Shown: positions 8,665 through 10,000 of the stretch, piece after piece
How positions within the stretch are numbered: the stretch's first letter is position 1
Layout: each line of letters starts with the position of its first letter
Source of the DNA: Chaetodon trifascialis
Taxonomy: Eukaryota
DNA: 10,000 nt
Direction: 5' to 3'
Assembly: GCF_039877785.1 (NCBI RefSeq)
Contig: NC_092066.1
Coordinates: 5,177,152-5,187,151, forward strand
Made by a program: the position numbers and the translations under genes
Notes under the pieces: generated by a model
What the model was told of the DNA's origin: nothing
The model's input: only the letters and a program-made list of their open reading frames with translations
Databases searched by the model: none

Positions 8665-8725
8665 AGTCCAGTATTTCGTCCAATTCTGCATCCGGTCCGG
8701 ACGGCTCTCCTGTTCCTGACGCCAT
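8665..8725 (-). CDS. PEX19: PEX19 exon 1 coding part. ATG is the complement of 8723-8725. Encodes MASGTGEPSGPDAELDEILD(S).
   Basis: The minus-strand ATG sits in a reasonable Kozak context (acatcATGg) and a gtaagt donor follows at 8659-8664. The ELDEILDSALEDFDK junction with exon 2 matches human PEX19 ELEELLESALDDFDK. Confidence 0.82.
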
Positions 8726-8860
8726 GATGTTGCCTTCTCCAAACACCCACCGTGCAGGTCTCCGAAAACTGACGTTTGTGTTGCGAAAACGTCGCGGGAG
8801 TTATGACGTCATGCGTAGGGCCTCAGAGGCGTGGCGCCATCTGGTGGCGGTAATGAAAAC
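8726..8860 (-). promoter_or_regulatory. PEX19: PEX19 proximal promoter and 5' UTR. It contains a perfect CRE/ATF palindrome and a CTCF/YY1-like GC element and may act bidirectionally.
   Basis: It lies directly upstream of the PEX19 ATG. ATGACGTCAT is at 8803-8812 (core TGACGTCA at 8804-8811) and a half CRE TGACGT is at 8770-8775. GCGCCATCTGGTGGCGG at 8834-8850 resembles the CTCF core (CCnnnAGGGGGCGC reverse orientation) and contains a GCCAT YY1 core. The region is CpG-dense (cgtcgcggg). Confidence 0.45.
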
Positions 8861-9284
8861 CACAGAAGAGGAAAGCAACAGGAACCAAACACAAACACAG
8901 ATAGCTGCGGATCTCTGGGAGTTTGATTCAAGGTTGACACTGCTGTTTGAGACCACTCACTTTTACTCTGAACTTTTTACTATTTGCTACTTACATTCTT
9001 CAATAAGATTTTCCATACAAAACACACATATATGATATAAATATGATAGTACAAGTACATTTTCCTGATACCAGTTACTTGGTCTAACCAACACTGGAGT
9101 TCTATTTTTAATTTCAGTGTGTTATTGCAGTACTTTTTCTTACGTAAATAACTTGAATGCTTCCTCATTCAGCCCTGCTTTTTAGAGACTTTCATTTCTG
9201 GATTCAAGAACAACACTTGAGATCACCTGTAGTTTTTACTACAGGTTATTGTTATTGTCTAAAATACCACTAGAGGAATGAACA

Positions 9285-9470
9285 TTTACTCAGATAATGT
9301 ACTTAAGATCAAGTTTGTGATACTTTTGCTTTACTTGAGTATTTCCATTTTATTCTATTTACTTTTACTTCACTTCATTCCAGAGGGAACAATAGCAGCC
9401 TTCTTTTTACACCATTACATTTATTTGATAACTGTAGCTATTAGTTACTTTACAGATTCAGATCAATAAT
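9285..9470. repeat. Probable fragment of a dispersed teleost repeat of the TACTTAAG...TACTTTTACTTGAGTA type; a MITE or DNA-transposon relic is suspected.
   Basis: It is an AT-rich block carrying motifs (gtacttaag, atacttttgctttacttgagtat, tacttttacttcacttc, ttagttactttacag) that recur in fish interspersed repeats. No TIRs or TSDs could be delimited by eye. A related motif, acagtaagtacagtacaggtttagtacaagtaaa, occurs at 8108-8140. Confidence 0.3.
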
Positions 9471-9724
9471 ACAAAACATATTCAAATAGCATTATTATTT
9501 ATTACTGGAAGCTTAAGTAATCAATTGAAATTAGCCCCACATCAGCTTCAGCTGCAGCATATAATTGATATTACATTTAATGTGTCAGTTTTTATGACCC
9601 AATAACAAAATAAACTATTTGGAAACAGACCATTCGATATAATGAGCACTTTGACTTTTTCACATTGGGTGTTTAACAAAGTTTTTTCAGTAATAAATCT
9701 TAGTCATGCTATATAGACTAGAGT

Positions 9725-9729
9725 GAATT

Positions 9730-9814
<85 letters not shown>
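9725..9814. repeat. (CA)n / (TG)n dinucleotide microsatellite of about 45 units.
   Basis: A perfect CA repeat run is visible in the sequence. Confidence 0.98.
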
Positions 9815-9816
<2 letters not shown>

Positions 9817-9933
9817 CCTCCTATAGATTCAGCAGTGGAATGAATGAGCAGTTTCAGCAAATTAAAGCAATCCTGTGACAATGTGCATGTGATGGCAGCT
9901 TCACTTCGCTTCTGTCTCTCTCCCTTTAACAGG

Positions 9934-10000
9934 AAACGCGTCAGTATCGTATCCTGGTCAACAAAAAACGGTTGTCAGGGGTCACCGCTGCTGTTGCCCA
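9934..10000 (+). other. Candidate plus-strand coding exon start of a gene divergent from PEX19. It runs off the window edge and its identity is unknown.
   Basis: A strong polypyrimidine tract and acceptor, cttctgtctctctccctttaacag, end at 9933. All three plus frames downstream are open to the window end, for example ETRQYRILVNKKRLSGVTAAVA. The minus strand has stops in all frames here. Confidence 0.25.

Noticed and set aside
8724-9035. Plus-strand 103-aa ORF starting at ATGATG.
   Set aside because: Its first codons are the reverse complement of the PEX19 start region and the rest crosses the PEX19 promoter. It has no similarity to anything recognised and shows no splice or Kozak support.
1-10000. 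Prokaryotic-style systems (CRISPR arrays, operons, defence or toxin-antitoxin loci, IS elements).
   Set aside because: The sequence is unmistakably eukaryotic: there are spliced genes with GT-AG introns, microsatellites and vertebrate-conserved COPA and PEX19 proteins. No direct-repeat/spacer array or dense co-oriented ORFs were found.

Overview
This window is vertebrate nuclear DNA, most likely from a teleost fish, and holds two housekeeping genes on the minus strand. The organism call rests on compact introns with GT-AG boundaries, (CA)n, (CAA)n and (GT)n microsatellites, and AT-rich intergenic DNA. Exon translations match COPA and PEX19, which I recognise from memory.

The 5' part of COPA (coatomer subunit alpha) is at 1786-1825, 1295-1408, 1096-1169, 733-813, 504-580 and 281-390. 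The gene runs off the low-coordinate edge. These six exons encode [166 protein letters not shown], nearly identical to the human COPA N-terminal WD40 region.

A complete eight-exon PEX19 (peroxisomal biogenesis factor 19) lies about 3 kb upstream on the same strand. Its coding exons are 8665-8725, 7380-7474, 6876-7038, 6699-6784, 6445-6618, 6191-6361, 5632-5676 and 4845-4931. Together they give a 293-aa protein ending in the farnesylation CaaX box CSIM.

Both genes have TATA-less, CpG-containing promoters. The COPA promoter carries ETS and CRE-like motifs. The PEX19 promoter carries a perfect CRE palindrome and a CTCF/YY1-like element.

The remaining sequence is introns and intergenic DNA. It contains simple repeats, homopolymer tracts (A24, G14), short palindromes and one probable interspersed-repeat fragment. 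At the 3' window edge (9934-10000) there is a possible plus-strand exon behind a strong splice acceptor, which may belong to a gene divergent from PEX19.

All of the longer ORFs in the supplied six-frame track are spurious: they are antisense to real exons or run from exons into introns. I found no prokaryotic-type system (CRISPR, operons, defence islands) and no convincing novel element. The most interesting biology is the conserved COPA Ile164 codon (ATT at 285-287, minus strand), an ADAR recoding site in mammals, followed immediately by a G-run-rich intron. The rest is an ordinary housekeeping locus.
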